DNA of 64,000 bases from Octopus bimaculoides (taxonomy: Eukaryota): contig NC_068998.1 of assembly GCF_001194135.2 (NCBI RefSeq), positions 13,309,000 through 13,372,999 of the forward strand, written 5' to 3'. The translations under genes and the position numbers were made by a program. How positions within the stretch are numbered: the first letter of the stretch is position 1; the number at the start of each line of letters is the position of its first letter. This document shows, piece after piece, positions 49,822-63,295 of the stretch. The notes beneath the pieces were generated by a model. It was given only the letters and a program-made list of their open reading frames with translations. It did not search any database and had not been told where the DNA came from.

Positions 49822-51090
49822 GTCATTCAATAGTTTAACCATCAGATTGACAGAAGGCTGTACGAGGCTCCAATCTGATCAGGTAAAGTTTCTACAGCTG
49901 GATGCCCTTCCTAACACCAACGACTCTGAGAGTGTAGTGGGTGCTTTTTACATGCCACTGGCACGAGGACCAGTCAGGCAGTACTGGCATCAACCATGCT
50001 TGAATGGTGCTTTTTATGTGCCACTGGCATGGGAGCCAGTCAGGCGGCACTGGCAACGATCACACTCGATGGTGCTTTTAATGTGCCACTGGCATGGGTG
50101 CCATTCAGGTGGTACTGTCATCGGCCACAACAACAACTTCACTTGCCTCAGCAGGTCTTTGCAAGCGCAGTTTATTGCCCAATGATTGAAGGGTATTCTT
50201 AAATGGGCTGGTTATGCTGCACAGGCATAGGCCACGGTTAGGGTCTCCCTTGGGTTGCCGGGTTTTCTCAAGCACAGCATATCTTCAAACATCTTGGTCA
50301 CTTGTCATTGCCTTGGTAAGGCCCAATGTTCAAAAGTCATGCTTCACCACCTCATCCCAGGTCTTCTTGGGTCTACTTCTTCCACAGGTTCTCTCCACTG
50401 CTAGGGTGTGACACTTTTTCACACAGCTGTCCTCATCCATACACAACACATGACCATACCAGCACAGTTCTCTCTCTTGCACACCACATCTGATGCTTCT
50501 TAGATCCAACTTTTCTCTCAGGGCGCTTACACTCTGTCGTGTATGCACACTGACATTACACATCCAGTGGAGCATACTGGCTTCATTCCTCACAAGCTTA
50601 CGCATGTTCTCAGTAGTCATGACCCATGTTTCACTGCCATGTAGCATGGCTGTTTGCACACACATGTCATACAGTCTACCTCTTACTCTGAGCGAGAGGC
50701 CCTTTGTCACCAGAAGAGGTAGGAGCTCTCTGAACTTTGCCCAGGCTATTCTTATTCTAGCAGCTACACTCTCAGAACATCCAACCCCGCTACTGACTTG
50801 GTCCCTTAGGTAATGGGAGCTATCAACTATTTGTAGGTTTTCCCCCTGGAATGTGACGGAAGCTGTTTTCTGCACATTTTCAGTGTTTATTGCTACTGAG
50901 CATTTACCACACACAAAAACTATCTTCCCAGTTAGCCTTCCTTTGATATTGTTGCACCTCTTATGTGTCCATAGCTTACACTGGGTACATCTTATGGAGT
51001 TTCTACCTATGCCTTTTCTACACATCAAGCAGGGCCATCTACCTGATGGGATTTGTATTTTGTCTGCCTTCCTACTTTCGATTCTTTTTG
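49822..51090 (-). mobile_element. RTE-clade LINE, 5'-truncated: PHD-like finger, RT thumb, 3' UTR with three repeats of about 64 nt
   Basis: ORF 50330-51028 contains RIRIAWAKFREL, LYDMCVQTAMLHGSETW, WYGHVLCMD and GRSRPKKTWDEVV, which are RTE hallmarks. The 3' UTR repeat gtgcttttatgtgccactggc occurs three times. Confidence 0.95.
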
Positions 51091-51670
51091 TCTATGGTAT
51101 GGGGTCTTAAAATTTTATTGCCTGTTCCCCCGATTTCACCCTTGCGTACATGTGAAACTGTGGTTTTGAATCATTTTGACTACTATCTTTAGCATGCTGG
51201 TGCTACAAGTAGTACCCTTCATTATTAATCAATAATTTTGCCTTTATGGTTCTTTTACGCATGCTAGCCACTGATATTATTGCAAATTATCAACAATAAT
51301 ATCCTTATATATTTTCATATGTACACATATATAATTGATAACAAAGAGGAGATTGGAGATTTATTCACATCCAAATAAATTTTCTACAGCATTTATAACA
51401 CTGACTTACTTATGTTTCAACTGCAGCAATTGCACATTGCTCTGTATGCAATTATGCATCCTAGTTGCTGCAATTTTATCACGGGTCCATCACTTATAAC
51501 ATTTTCAGAGTGAATTAATTCAAACAAGTGTCCTGCGTTGGTATCCAGTTGAAAGTGATAGCATTACTTTTAAATCCAGTATCTCTTTAAGGCTTGACTA
51601 CTATGTAATTGGACCGTTGTAGATAGCCAGCATCTATACAAATTTGTGAGATAATACAATACCCCTTAGT

Positions 51671-52006
51671 GAAGGCGCATGGCTCAGTGGTTAGAGCGTC
51701 GAGCTTACGATCGTGAGGTTGTGAGCTCGAATCCCAGACCAGGCTGCGTGTTGTGTTCTTGAGCAAGACACTTTATTTCATATTGCTCCAGTTCACTCAG
51801 CTGTAGAAATGAGTTGCGACGTCAAATGTGCTAAGCTATATCAGCCCCTTTGCCTTTCCCTTGGATAACACTGGTGGCATTGAGAGGGGAGGCTGGTATG
51901 CATGGGCGACTGCTGGTCTTGCATAAACAATCTTGCCTGGACTTCTGCCTCGGAGGGTAACTTTCTGGGTGCAATCCCATGGTCAGTCATGACTGAAGGG
52001 GGTCTC
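51671..52006 (+). mobile_element. SINE family A, full length (reference copy)
   Basis: Box A TGGCTCAGTGG, box B-like gctcgaatcc. Possible TSD acaatacccctt (51656-51667) / acaatatccctt (52009-52020). Confidence 0.9.
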
Positions 52007-53248
52007 AGACAATATCCCTTTTATACTCTTTCAGTTTCCATCTACGAAACCCAGTCACAAAGCTTTTGGGTAGCCTGGAACTATAGTGGAGGACACACAG
52101 TGGGATTGAATCCCACACCATATGGTTGGAAAGCAAGCTTCTTAACCACATAGCTAAGTCTGTGCCTATTTATCAATTTCTTTTTTTTTTTTTTTTTTAG
52201 TGGAGTACACAGAGAGTGGTTATTAAGTGATTATGTATATATCAAAAAAGTAAAAAAATGTTACTTTAAATGCTTTAAACAATTCATTTGTGAAATAATT
52301 TATATGTTCATTACTGTTTACATAATCAATTTTTTTTTCTTTTCGATAACTTGCCTGGGAGGCCTAACATGGATGTTAATTGAATAGCTGTTTCGCATAT
52401 CGTTCAAATTAATTTCATAGCTCTTTTAATATCAAAGAGCATTTTTGAAGATATAAATTGAAAATGGTTTCGAACGAACATTATATTGACAAGACAAATC
52501 AACAGCAACAAAAAAAAGACATATTAAGGAAGAATGTGTATTCTGCAGTAGCTAAGTGAACATCACATACTCACCAAAGACAGTAAATATTCTGTGTAAT
52601 AATTTTGTTCTTGCAGGTGTCATGATATAATCTAACTGTAAATTGTTTTTTTAAATCTAATAATACAGACTCAGAATTGAAGATTAAGTCAGACTGAAGC
52701 CATGTTGTGCATTCTAAGTATAGACATGTTATGCCTCTATGTATATCATAGTTGTAGTTTAAGCATATCAGTGTTACACCCAGGGCTGGATTAAAACGCA
52801 CAGAGGCCCAAAGTATTTAAATGATTTTGGTGCCCCATGTATATGTGATTCAAAATAGGTGTGGCTATATGGTAAGAAGCTGGTTACCCAATGGTGTTAT
52901 TCTGCGTTCAATCCCATTATATGACACCTTGGGCTATAGCCTCAGGCCAACCAAAGCCTTCTAAGCAGATTTGGTGGAGAGAACCTGAAAGAAGCTTGTC
53001 ATATATGTAAATATATATATACATACACACACTCACTGATACATATTTATGTGTGGATGTGTGTGTCTTTATGTCTCTGTTTGTCCCCCAAATCCACTAG
53101 ACAGCTGGTGATGGTATGTTTACATCCCTGTAACTTAGCAGTTTGGTAAAAGACGCTAACAGAATAAGTACGATGTTTCTTGGGGCTAAATAACAGTAAC
53201 GTTCTTCCCTTTCCTGGGACTGCCACATTAAGCTGGCAACACGCCATC

Positions 53249-53287
<39 letters not shown>

Positions 53288-53760
53288 ATGTATGTACGTA
53301 TAAGTTAAAGTTGTGAAGGAAGGCAAACAATTAGTCAAGGTAGGACAAGGACATTTGATTTCATTCAGTTCAATCTAAAAATTTAGCTACATAACAAATG
53401 GCAAAAATAGTACAAACTGGTAAAGATACTTTCTGACAGCTGTTTCTGGGATATCCCAGCGACTGGAGCATCATAACGAGCAAAGACTCTATAAGTTGGA
53501 TATTTCATCATTGAAGAAATATAGGTTAGTGGAAAGGATGCTCCTCATCAATGGTATTTGTTGTGGTTCATTATGTCCAGGAGGGTAGGAGGGTCCAATT
53601 AAACCCAGTTGGATTGGATCTTCTTCAGGTAAATCCACGATCTTCTCACCTTGATGTACCACTTAATAACTCTTTCTGATCAACAGCAAATTTGACCACA
53701 GGAGAACTTAAACTCAGAATGTAAAAACAGATGAAATGTTGCGAAGCATTTTACCAGGCA

Positions 53761-54000
53761 TTTTTTTTTTTTTATAGTTTCAGCTCAGAGCTGCGGCTAT
53801 GCTGATGTTATTACTGAGAACCTCCTCCAATATGTGGCACTTGGTGAAGAATGGAGTTTGATGCAGCTACCCTCATTTGCACCTCTTGCCGTGAGGTAGG
53901 TTCATCTGGGACTCTCGACAGGAAGAGGTCCAGCTTTGATTTAAAAACCCCTACATCTACTTTGTGCAGGTTCCTCAGGCTCTTTGGGAGAATGTTAAAG
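53761..54000 (-). mobile_element. CR1-type LINE 3' end with poly(A)
   Basis: FNILPKSLRNLHKVDVGVFKSKLDLFLSRVPDEP...AASNSILHQ matches the FNxLPxxxRxxxxxxxFKxxLDxxLxxxPDxP...SNSLxxQ terminus of invertebrate CR1/L2-group ORF2. It is followed by a short UTR and an A13 tract. Confidence 0.8.
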
Positions 54001-55041
54001 TTTTTTTTAAATATGCTAACAATTCTGCCAGATTGCTGCCCTAGCATGAAAATATATTGTAAACTATTTTTTACTGATATTCTGATGCCCCGAAAGAACT
54101 CAAATACTGGTGTTAAGAGTAATGATGACAATGACAGTGATGCAATTAATGCTGGTGACTGATTGGAGAACTCCACAGGAAGTCATCTGATTCAATCAGT
54201 CTTTAATTCATAAGGTTAATATTAAAATTGGGAAGTTTTTCACGCAGCATGTGTTTGGAGTTTAAAGATTATTCAAGTCAATAATGATGCATTTTCTTTT
54301 TTTTTTTTTTGCTTATTCTTTTGTAACTGCATTTCTAATCAAATATTCTGCCTATGTTTTTGAATTGATGTTGAAAAATAATCAAACATTTACAGGAATT
54401 TAGTTAAATAACTTTTTCCATTATTAATCTAATGTTTGGAACACATTGCAAGTAACAGATCTTGCCTAAAATTTATGATCATTTTCATCTTCTGTATTTT
54501 TTTCTTTTTCTAATTTAAATGCCAACATTTTAAAATAGGGGCTAGCATCATAGAATTAGGATCAGTCTCAAGTGGTTTGTTATCACAAGGGCTAATCTTT
54601 GCTGAAACAATTCCAATATTCCAGCAGAGCAAATAATTGTTTTTCTACTTATACAATCATTTTTATGCCAACAGTTTAGCCATAATGGGGAAAAAAATAA
54701 CTATGTGTATATCCCAATGTATATATTGTAAATTTCTAGGTCTCCTATTGAGAATAATACCATTTTATCGATTGAGTAACATTTATTATTAAAAGGAAAA
54801 TAGATACCACTTGAATATTTTGGTGTCATGTCTTTTACATTCCATCTGGAAAAAGAAGGTAAATTAAATAGTGTCCCAATTGTAAGTAATATCTCAATAA
54901 GTTTCTATCTCAATAATTCCAGATTTAGGTTTTATGAAACTGAAGATTAGCTGAATAAGTTGGTTTCATGTGAACTTCCTCAATCAATCACCATTATTAT
55001 CATCTTCTCTGTCACTACCATCATTGTTATCATTATTCAGT

Positions 55042-55640
55042 GAAGGTGCATGGCTTAGTGGTTAGGGTACTTGGCTCAAAGTCATAAGGTCATGAGTTCA
55101 ATTCCTGGCAATGCATTGTGTCCTTGAGCAAGACACTTTATTTCACATTGCTCCAGTCGACTCAGCTGTCAAAAACAAGTAATATATGTACTTCAAAAGG
55201 CCAGTCTTATCACATCCTGTATCATGCTGGAAGGCAGCAAACTGGCAGAAACATTAGCACGCTGGGCAAAATGCTTAGTGGTACTTCGTCTGTCTTTATG
55301 TTTTGAGTTCCAATTCCGCCAAGGTCGACTATGCCTTTCATCCTTTCAGGGTCAATAAATTAAGTACCAGTTGCATACTGGGGTTGATCTGATCGACTGC
55401 CCCCCCCCCACTCTCTAAAAATTTTGGGCTTTGTGCCTAGAGTAGAAAAGATTCTGTATCATGCTGAATTTCTCCCAAGAACTATGTTAAGGGTATGCAT
55501 TTCTGTGGAGTGTTCCTCTTGGGCATTGGAGTATCCAACAAAGACTTTACTTTGCAGTATTTTGTCATTCAATTTTTGTACTGAGATCAAATCTATGGAA
55601 CACAGATGTTAAATGATGATGATGATGATAATGATGAAAG
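55042..55640 (+). mobile_element. SINE family D (A-type head plus distinct core), interrupted by a family C copy
   Basis: The core ttcaaaaggccagtcttatcacatcctgtatcatgctg|aatttctcccaagaactatgttaagggta..tgtggagtg is rejoined by removing 55230-55453 and one TSD copy. It matches 58190-58280 on the minus strand. Confidence 0.65.
55230..55453 (+). mobile_element. SINE family C, full length, 13-bp TSD (reference copy)
   Basis: TSD ctgtatcatgctg at 55217-55229 and 55454-55466. tRNA-like head, with core gcctttcatcctttcagggtcaataaattaagtacc (resembles the Meta-type SINE domain as I recall it; unverified). Confidence 0.9.
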
Positions 55641-55759
55641 AGTAATAATGATAATAATTCTTGGATGGCATTTATAAATATTATAATGCATTGCTACATG
55701 CACCCCCCCCCCATACACACACACACACAGACTCTCACATAAGACAGACTACTTCTCTG

Positions 55760-56000
55760 CATTGTGAGGTCACAGCTCTGGTAATATTGACATGTGATTA
55801 GAATGCCACAGGAAAGAATTGCAAGAGGGATTCTTCAAGCTGAGCCCATTGGATAGATGAAGAAAGAAAATGGTTGGATAATATTCATAGTCTCAGTTGA
55901 TGACACTTGGGAAATCAGCCAGAAAGTCTAACGATTATTACTTCTGATAGGAGCTTATGGAGGAGGTGCTTCAAGAGTCTACTCGAAAGTCACTTCCAGG
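55760..56000 (+). mobile_element. Highly decayed RTE fragment
   Basis: HVIRMPQERIAR..ILQAEPIG..RKWLDNIH corresponds to GHVxRMxxxRxxK...GxRxxGRPxxRWxDxI. Confidence 0.5.
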
Positions 56001-57689
56001 AATATAGTGGGCAAAGAAGATGAATGGATGAGTGGAAGAATAAGTAAGGGCTAGCAAAGGAAAGATTGTCTGGCTGCAAACGAAAAAAGAAAAAAAGGCA
56101 ATGCTTTAATAATATGCATTTTCAAGCCTCTTGTTGAATGGAAAAACAGATGTTAAACAAACAAACAAATGATTATACGACTCATGGAAATGTTGTATAT
56201 TTATATAACTCCAATGACTCATATATATGAAGTCAATCCATAAATTATTACTTTTTTAAATAATACAAAATCTTTTAGTAAAGCCATTATCATATTTGTA
56301 ACACTACGCAATAGAACTAGTTATTGCTAGAGGCAATCAATCCACCTATTGTTGTTGTTGGCACTCCATCGCTTACAACGTCAGAGTTTCTACAGCTGGA
56401 TGCCCTTCCTAACGCCAACCACTCTGAGAGTGTAGTGGGTGCTTTTACGTGAAGTGCTTATGTAAATAATGTAAAGCTTCTTTTTCTAAAACAATAGAAT
56501 GTGATTACAAAAAGATTTAGCTGGTATTTCTAGCAGGACAAGCTGTCACATAAACACTTTATTTATAACGTCAATGATCAATGCATATTAAGAAACTGTC
56601 AGTCATGTCATAAGTTATTAATGAAGCAAGAGTCTGAAAATTTATGTTTTTGACTGATATAGAACAAAATGTCATCAAATTATTTTTGAAACTGTCTTCA
56701 TTTTAATATTCAAAGAATTTACAATAGCAGTTGATAAAATCAAAAGTTCTGATGGAAAATATTTATATATATTTGTTTATTTGTATCTGCTAGTATCAAT
56801 TCAGACAGGGATTTTCTGAGGCAAGACTTAACAATTTAATGGTCTTCCTTTTACAATCCTTACCTTCTTTCAAGTAAGGGATATTGATTTATTTTTTAAA
56901 GAGGCCTTTGAAAGTATAGAACAACTGGTTATAAGGACAATAAAAAAAATACTAATATTGATTTCAAATTTTGGTGAAAATAAGTGATAGGTATTCTAAC
57001 TGATGTGTCATTTCACCTGTTGTTGGAGCCCTATGGTTGAACAAAGATTTTGGCTTTATTGTACCATGCTAATCTATCGCATGTAAGGCACAAATTGGCT
57101 GTTGATTAAATCAGCCTCATTGTATCATTGGTACTTTATTTTATCAACCCTGGAAATATGGAAAACAATGTTTATCTCAGTGAAATTTGAACTTCAAATA
57201 GCAAAAAGCCAGAACAAAATCTATAAATTATTTTGTCTAATGTTCAAAGAATCCTGCCCATTCACTGTCCTTCTTCGTAATAAAAAATAATTACATAAAT
57301 TTTGAATTCTGCAGAGTTATAGCTTAAATTAGTCTAAATTGAATTTAACTTCAGAACTGCAAGCTACAAGACACACTAATAACTCCAACAGTTCACAAAG
57401 TGAGAATAATTTAGTTTTATTATTTGATAACACAAGCCATCACTTGTTTCCTCAGGTTCTCCTGTTTTTCTTTACTAATAACCTTGTTTGGATGTTATCC
57501 AATCATCAGCCTGCTATCATGTCTTACATTAATGTATGATTATTTGCTAGACATATTTTTCTTGTTTCACAATAAAATAGTTTTGTTGCCACAAATTAAT
57601 CAATCTTTATAACTATTTGATTGAGGTAAATTTGACTGGAAGAAATGGACTGAATTTGGGAAACAATAACTAAAGGAAGGTGAGCATTG

Positions 57690-57880
57690 CAGAAGTTCAA
57701 GGAATTGAATGGTGGACTACTTGAATGAAGGAAGTATTGCTAAAACTGGAGGGGAAAGAATATATTGCTTGTTTGATGAATGCTCTGATTGAAAGGAGTG
57801 AGACATGGTTAATGAATGGGTAGCTGCAGAGAATAATGGGAGTTTAGCCAGCAGTGAATGCTGGAAAGAGAAACGGAATG
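57690..57880 (+). mobile_element. Highly decayed RTE fragment
   Basis: KFKELNGGL...KLEGKEYIACLMNALIERSETWLMN corresponds to KFRELxxxL...KGRLYxACVxxAMLHGSETW. Confidence 0.45.
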
Positions 57881-58392
57881 AAATAGTTGAGTCATGTTCA
57901 TTTGTCAATGTCCCTGTAACTTAGCAGTTCAGCAAAATAAACTGACAGTATAAGTACCAGACATAGAGAGATATATACAGGGGTCGATTTGTTTGACTAA
58001 ACTCTTGAAGGGGGTACCCCATCATGGCTGCAATTCAGTGAGTGAAAGAAACAAAAATACATGATGCAAAAATACACATGTATGCATTTGTGCATGCACA
58101 CATGCTGCATGTCACTGACACCTCATCAGTTATGATGACAAATGTTTCAATTGGTCCAATCAAAGGAACAGACTGCTCTTGAAATTAACGGGCAAGTGGC
58201 TGAGCACTCCACAAACACGTGTACCCTTAATGTAATTCTCAGGGAGATTCAGCATGACACTCTGAATGTGACAAGGCCCAGGGAAGCAAGGCATTCAGAA
58301 TGTGGTTGATGCATTTAAAAACTTGTTTGATGCATTTAAATACTTCATCTAATATTCAGTAGACATGCCTTGCACACAATGCATCAACAAGT

Positions 58393-58622
58393 TTAACCCT
58401 TTAGCATTCAGCTTACTCTGTTAAATGTAATGCTTGTTTATTCCCATTCATTTTGAATTAATCATGCATTATCTCATAGCTCCAAGATTTCAATGATGTG
58501 ATTGCATATTTTTAGAATGACATTGTAAGGTAAGTGTAAGAAGCCAGATTTTGTCAGTTTGAACATAAAGCAAGTCGAATATTTTGGGCCAGATGTGGTT
58601 GGTTTAAATGCAAGTGGATTAA
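58393..58622. mobile_element. TTAA-type MITE, single intact copy
   Basis: ttaaccctttagcatt ... aaatgcaagtggattaa. Same family as 41421-41858. Confidence 0.7.
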
Positions 58623-59382
58623 ATCATTAAGTAGTGTCTACACAGAAAAAAAAAAAAAGTATAACAAGGGTGTCTATATACTTCTGAGATGTTTATGTAT
58701 TTCAGTTGACATAAATTGGAAGATCATAATTAAAATGATTTAATTAATGCTTGACGAGGGTAAAACTGGGCCTAAACAACCACAACCATACAAAACAAAC
58801 AAACAACAAAACCTACGTGGCCATTCAGTCTTCAAAATATGACAGCCACATCTCTCTCTATCATTTTAAGAAAGGAAGAATACATTAGTGTGATGCTGTT
58901 CTGAGAGACACCATGTTTGGAAATAAGATGGGTTGGTTGTAACTGGGAATGCGTTCGATCTAGACCTGGGCTAACAACAATGCCAACAACAAACATACTT
59001 GTACACACACAAATGCATGCATGCACACACACCACACGCTAACATTTCGGTTGTTGAGCATGTTATAGAGTTGAACCACAATTCTTTTCCCCTAACTTGA
59101 ATAACTATATACTGAATCCTTAAAATAATTAATAGCAAAATTATTGGAGAGAGACTACATATATATATATATATACATACACGCATACAAGTATCTCTAT
59201 CTATATCTTTATATATAGGCATAACAGTGAATGGTGAATAGACATCAATTTGTCTCAGAAATCATTCCAGCTGCTTCTGCAAGCAAAATTATCTATTCTG
59301 CTCAACAGTCAAAAGATTGCGATATATTTGTGTTATATATATGAGGTTCTACACATGGTCAATGCACTGTGATGTATTTACT

Positions 59383-59743
59383 TCATATATATGTATGTAT
59401 ATAGAGAGAGAGAGGGGGAGAGGGAGAGAGAGAGTGAGAGAGAGGGAGGAAGCGAGTGAGAGAGAAAGATAGATGTGTATACACATATATATATATATAT
59501 ATATAAATATATATGTATGCACATATATGCATATATAAATATATATATATATACATATATATGTATGTATGTATGTATTTCAATATGTATATATGCATGT
59601 ATGTATGCATGTATTTAAATATGTATATATGTATATATATATATATAGAGAGAGAGAGAGGGGGGGCAAGGGAAAGAGAATGAGTGAGAGAGAAAGATAG
59701 ATGTGTATATACACATATATGAATATATATGTATGCACAAATA

Positions 59744-59800
<57 letters not shown>

Positions 59801-59900
59801 NNNNNNNNNNATATACATATATATATATATATATGTATGTATGTATATATGTATGTATGTATATATACATATATGCTCACATACACATACATTTAGATAT
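59383..59900. repeat. Compound (TA)/(GA)/(TATG) microsatellite block with an internal near-duplication
   Basis: gagagaaagatagatgtgtatatacacatatat occurs at about 59460 and about 59690. Confidence 0.85.
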
Positions 59901-62106
59901 AATTATATATGAGAAAGAATAGCTGTTTGACCTTAAAGATCAATTGTTGTACAGATCATTTGTTTTGTCTTGCAGCTTGCTTCCTGTTGCAGTAAATCAA
60001 ATGTTCTTGTTTGCTCCTTTTTGCACAACTTTACTGTTCTGGATCAGAATTCTTTTCCTGTGTTGCTGTATCAACGAATTCGTTAGTACACCAAGGTTAA
60101 AGATAATTTAACACTTGCCATACCAATCCACTTGAGACTATCCTCGATAATAGGATACAAATTTCCTATTTCAAAGTGATCCAAATTAAATCTTTCTATT
60201 GAAATTTCATATTTATTTATGCTCCAAAACACCAGCTTGATAATAATGAAGTTATTTTACGAAATTTTTCACTATAAGGTGCAGGTATGGGTGTGAAGTA
60301 AGAGGCTTGCTTCCAAACCACATGGTTCTAGGTTCAGTCACATTGTGTGACACCTTGGGCAAGTGTCTTCTATATATAAAGGTAACCCACTTAGTTGCAT
60401 TAACAAAGGAATGTGGGTTCACGTCCCAAGTGGATAGGAAGGCCTTCTTTTGTTCTGTTGAGGGCTTATAATATGCCCCTTTATTAATCTATTTTCCTTA
60501 GTCATTGTACGGTGATCATCATAAGCTTTAAGCTTATATATATAAATATATANNNNNNNNNNNNNNNNNNNNNNNNNNNNNNNNNNNNNNNNNNNNNNNN
60601 NNNNATATATAGCTATTTATATATATATGTATGTGTAAACGAACTTTTGCAGGAATGGTCGGGGAGAATGTTAGTAATAATTTAGCTGGCAGAGTTTGTT
60701 TTCTTTGTTCTGTAATCTACATTTTGTATTCCATGTAAATACACACCTTAAGCCAACATATATTTATCTGCCTTTCTTTCTTTCTCTCTCTCTCTCTCTC
60801 TTTCTTTCTCTCTCTCTCATATATATATAATTTAGTGGTTCAGCAAAAGAGACCAATAGAACAACTACCAGGCTTTAATACAGGACAAATCCTATGGTTG
60901 ATTTGTTCAACTAAAGGCTCTTCAAGGTGGTGCCCCAGCATGGCCACAGTCAAATGACTGAAACAAGTAAAAGATAAAAGATACATACATACATATATGA
61001 TGAGTTTCTGCAGCTTATATCTACCAAATTAACTCACAAGGTATCGGTCAACCGATGGCTATAGAAGACACATGCCTAAGGTTCTGTGCAGTGTCACTGA
61101 ACCATCAACCAAGTGATCGCTAAGCAAGCATCTTAACCACACAGCCATGTCCGCACCTATAGATGCCCTTCCTGATATGAACCCTCTTAGTTTCCTTTTA
61201 AGACATTCAGAGATACAGTGTAGTTATCCTAAAAACATGGACACACAACAGATTTGTTCACACAAAACATAAAAATAAATATAAGTGAAACCTAAGATTT
61301 TATCATTCAGTACGTTGACATGCTAAGCAGTTAAATAGCAACTCTAAAGAAGCACCAAAACCCACATAATTATTTATAATTTCTTAAAGAGCTCTGTGAT
61401 TACCAATGCAACTGCAACATTAACTTAAATTACTGCAGCTAATTAAGAGATAATTGTTCTCTGTTTCTTGACGAATCTCTTACGAATTTGCAATTTAAAA
61501 GCTTTCTAACGAATGCTGGATATTATGATTGCTGATATGATTTTACAGGAGAATGTCATATTAAAAATTCAATAAGAAGTTGGATACTGACAGTTAGTTA
61601 TTGGTCTAGCATCACATTAGGTGTGCCGTGCAGTTGTAGATTTATATTGCTATTATTTATGTATCACTAACATGAATACACATGTGGCTACGTGGTTAAG
61701 AAGGCAGATTTACAAGTATGTGGTTACAGGATCAATCCCACTGTACAGACATCAGGTAATGGGGCTTTTTTCTACAACAGCCCTGGATCCACCAGAATCT
61801 TTTGTGTGAAATTTGATAGATGGTAAGTCATACATGTATTTATATATATATACATATACATATGTATATATTAATATTTAGCAGAAGCAACAGAGTGACT
61901 CAAGGGGTAAAAGTTTAGTGAACTGGCACTTAGAATGAAGAGCTGTGGATTTATAGAGCTGATGGAAAATTATATTTTCCTGGATTGTTCTAGAATGAAT
62001 TATAAAAGCAATTACAATGACATTTGGATAATTTATATTTTTCAAATAGTTTGCCTGTTATGTTATTTAAAATGCAAATACATAAATAATATAAATATAC
62101 ATATAA

Positions 62107-62598
62107 GTGCAGGAGTGGCTGTGTGGTAAGTAGCACCGTGGGTGTGAATCTGGTTGACAGAAACTGAAAGAAGCCCATCATGTGTGTGTGTGTGTGTGTT
62201 TTGTGTCTGTGCCTTCGCCATCATCTGACAACCACATGGTTCCAGGTTCAGTTCCACTGCATGGCAAATTTGGCAAGTGTCCTCTACTATAGCCTTGGGC
62301 CACCCAAAGCCTTCTGAGTGGATTTGGTAGATGGAAACTGAAAGAAGCCCATTGTGTATGTATATATATATATATATATGTTTGTGTGTCTGTGTTTGTC
62401 CACCCAACATCGCTTGACAACTGATGCTGGTGTGTTTACGTCCCCATAACTTAGCAGTTTGGCAAGAGACAAATAGAATAAGTACTAGGCTTACAAAGAA
62501 TAGGTCCTGGGGTCGAATTGTTCGTCTTCTGCTATAGCTTCGGGTTGACCAAAGCCTTGTGAGTGAATTTGATTGACGGAAACTGAAAGAAGCCCATC

Positions 62599-62655
<57 letters not shown>

Positions 62656-62850
62656 TTGTCCTACCATCACTTGATAACCGATGTTGGTGTGTTTACATCC
62701 CCGTAATTTAGCAGTTCATCAAAAGAGCCCAACAAAATAAGTACTAGGCTTACAAAGAATAAGTCCTGGGGTCGAATTGTTCGACCAAAAGGCGGTGCTC
62801 CAGCATGGCCACAATCAAACGACTGAAACAAGTAAAAGAATAAATAAAAG
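62107..62850 (+). mobile_element. Compound SINE family B cluster (rearranged head plus two body/3' segments)
   Basis: Head gcaggagtggctgtgtggtaagtagc at 62107, a displaced head piece at about 62225, and a 3' end at about 62800-62840. Confidence 0.85.
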
Positions 62851-63196
62851 AAATAAGAACGATCCATGTTAAACAATACAAATGGAAACCTGTAACATTC
62901 AGTCAAAGGTCAAAAGAGAAATAAAACGTCTTGAATTTGACATGCTCAAAAAAGAAATACTATATTTGAAAGGTAGTGCTCCAGCATGACTGCAGTCTCA
63001 TGACTGAAATTAGTGACAGAAAAGAAAAAAAAAATATGAGAATGCCAACAAAACAGGTATCTCCTTAAAATAATTTTTGCCATGTTGAAATGTCACTTAT
63101 TATTGAAGCTAAAGTATATCATAAGATGTTTTGAAGATACTAAAAGGTCTTCTAGTGTTTGATTCCCAAAAATTTGTCTGTATTATTTTCCCCTGC

Positions 63197-63249
<53 letters not shown>

Positions 63250-63259
63250 CACAAATACA

Positions 63260-63295
<36 letters not shown>

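Noticed and set aside
49940-50130. Three spaced repeats of about 64 nt as a CRISPR-like array
   Set aside because: The whole units are similar to each other (no unique spacers), they lie in the RTE 3' UTR, and the context is eukaryotic with no cas genes.
51671-51745. tRNA gene
   Set aside because: Box A/B are present but the sequence continues into a multicopy SINE body. There is no complete cloverleaf or terminator, so it is a SINE head.
57456-57533. 78-nt candidate exon with hydrophobic frames, and a CTGATGA-hairpin on the opposite strand
   Set aside because: Hydrophobicity follows from T-richness and the donor is weak. The hairpin is followed by ACAA rather than GAAA.
59976-60095. Candidate plus-strand exon LLPVAVNQMFLFAPFC...
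   Set aside because: Weak donor (gttaaa), T-rich composition explains the open frame, and there is no recognisable homology.
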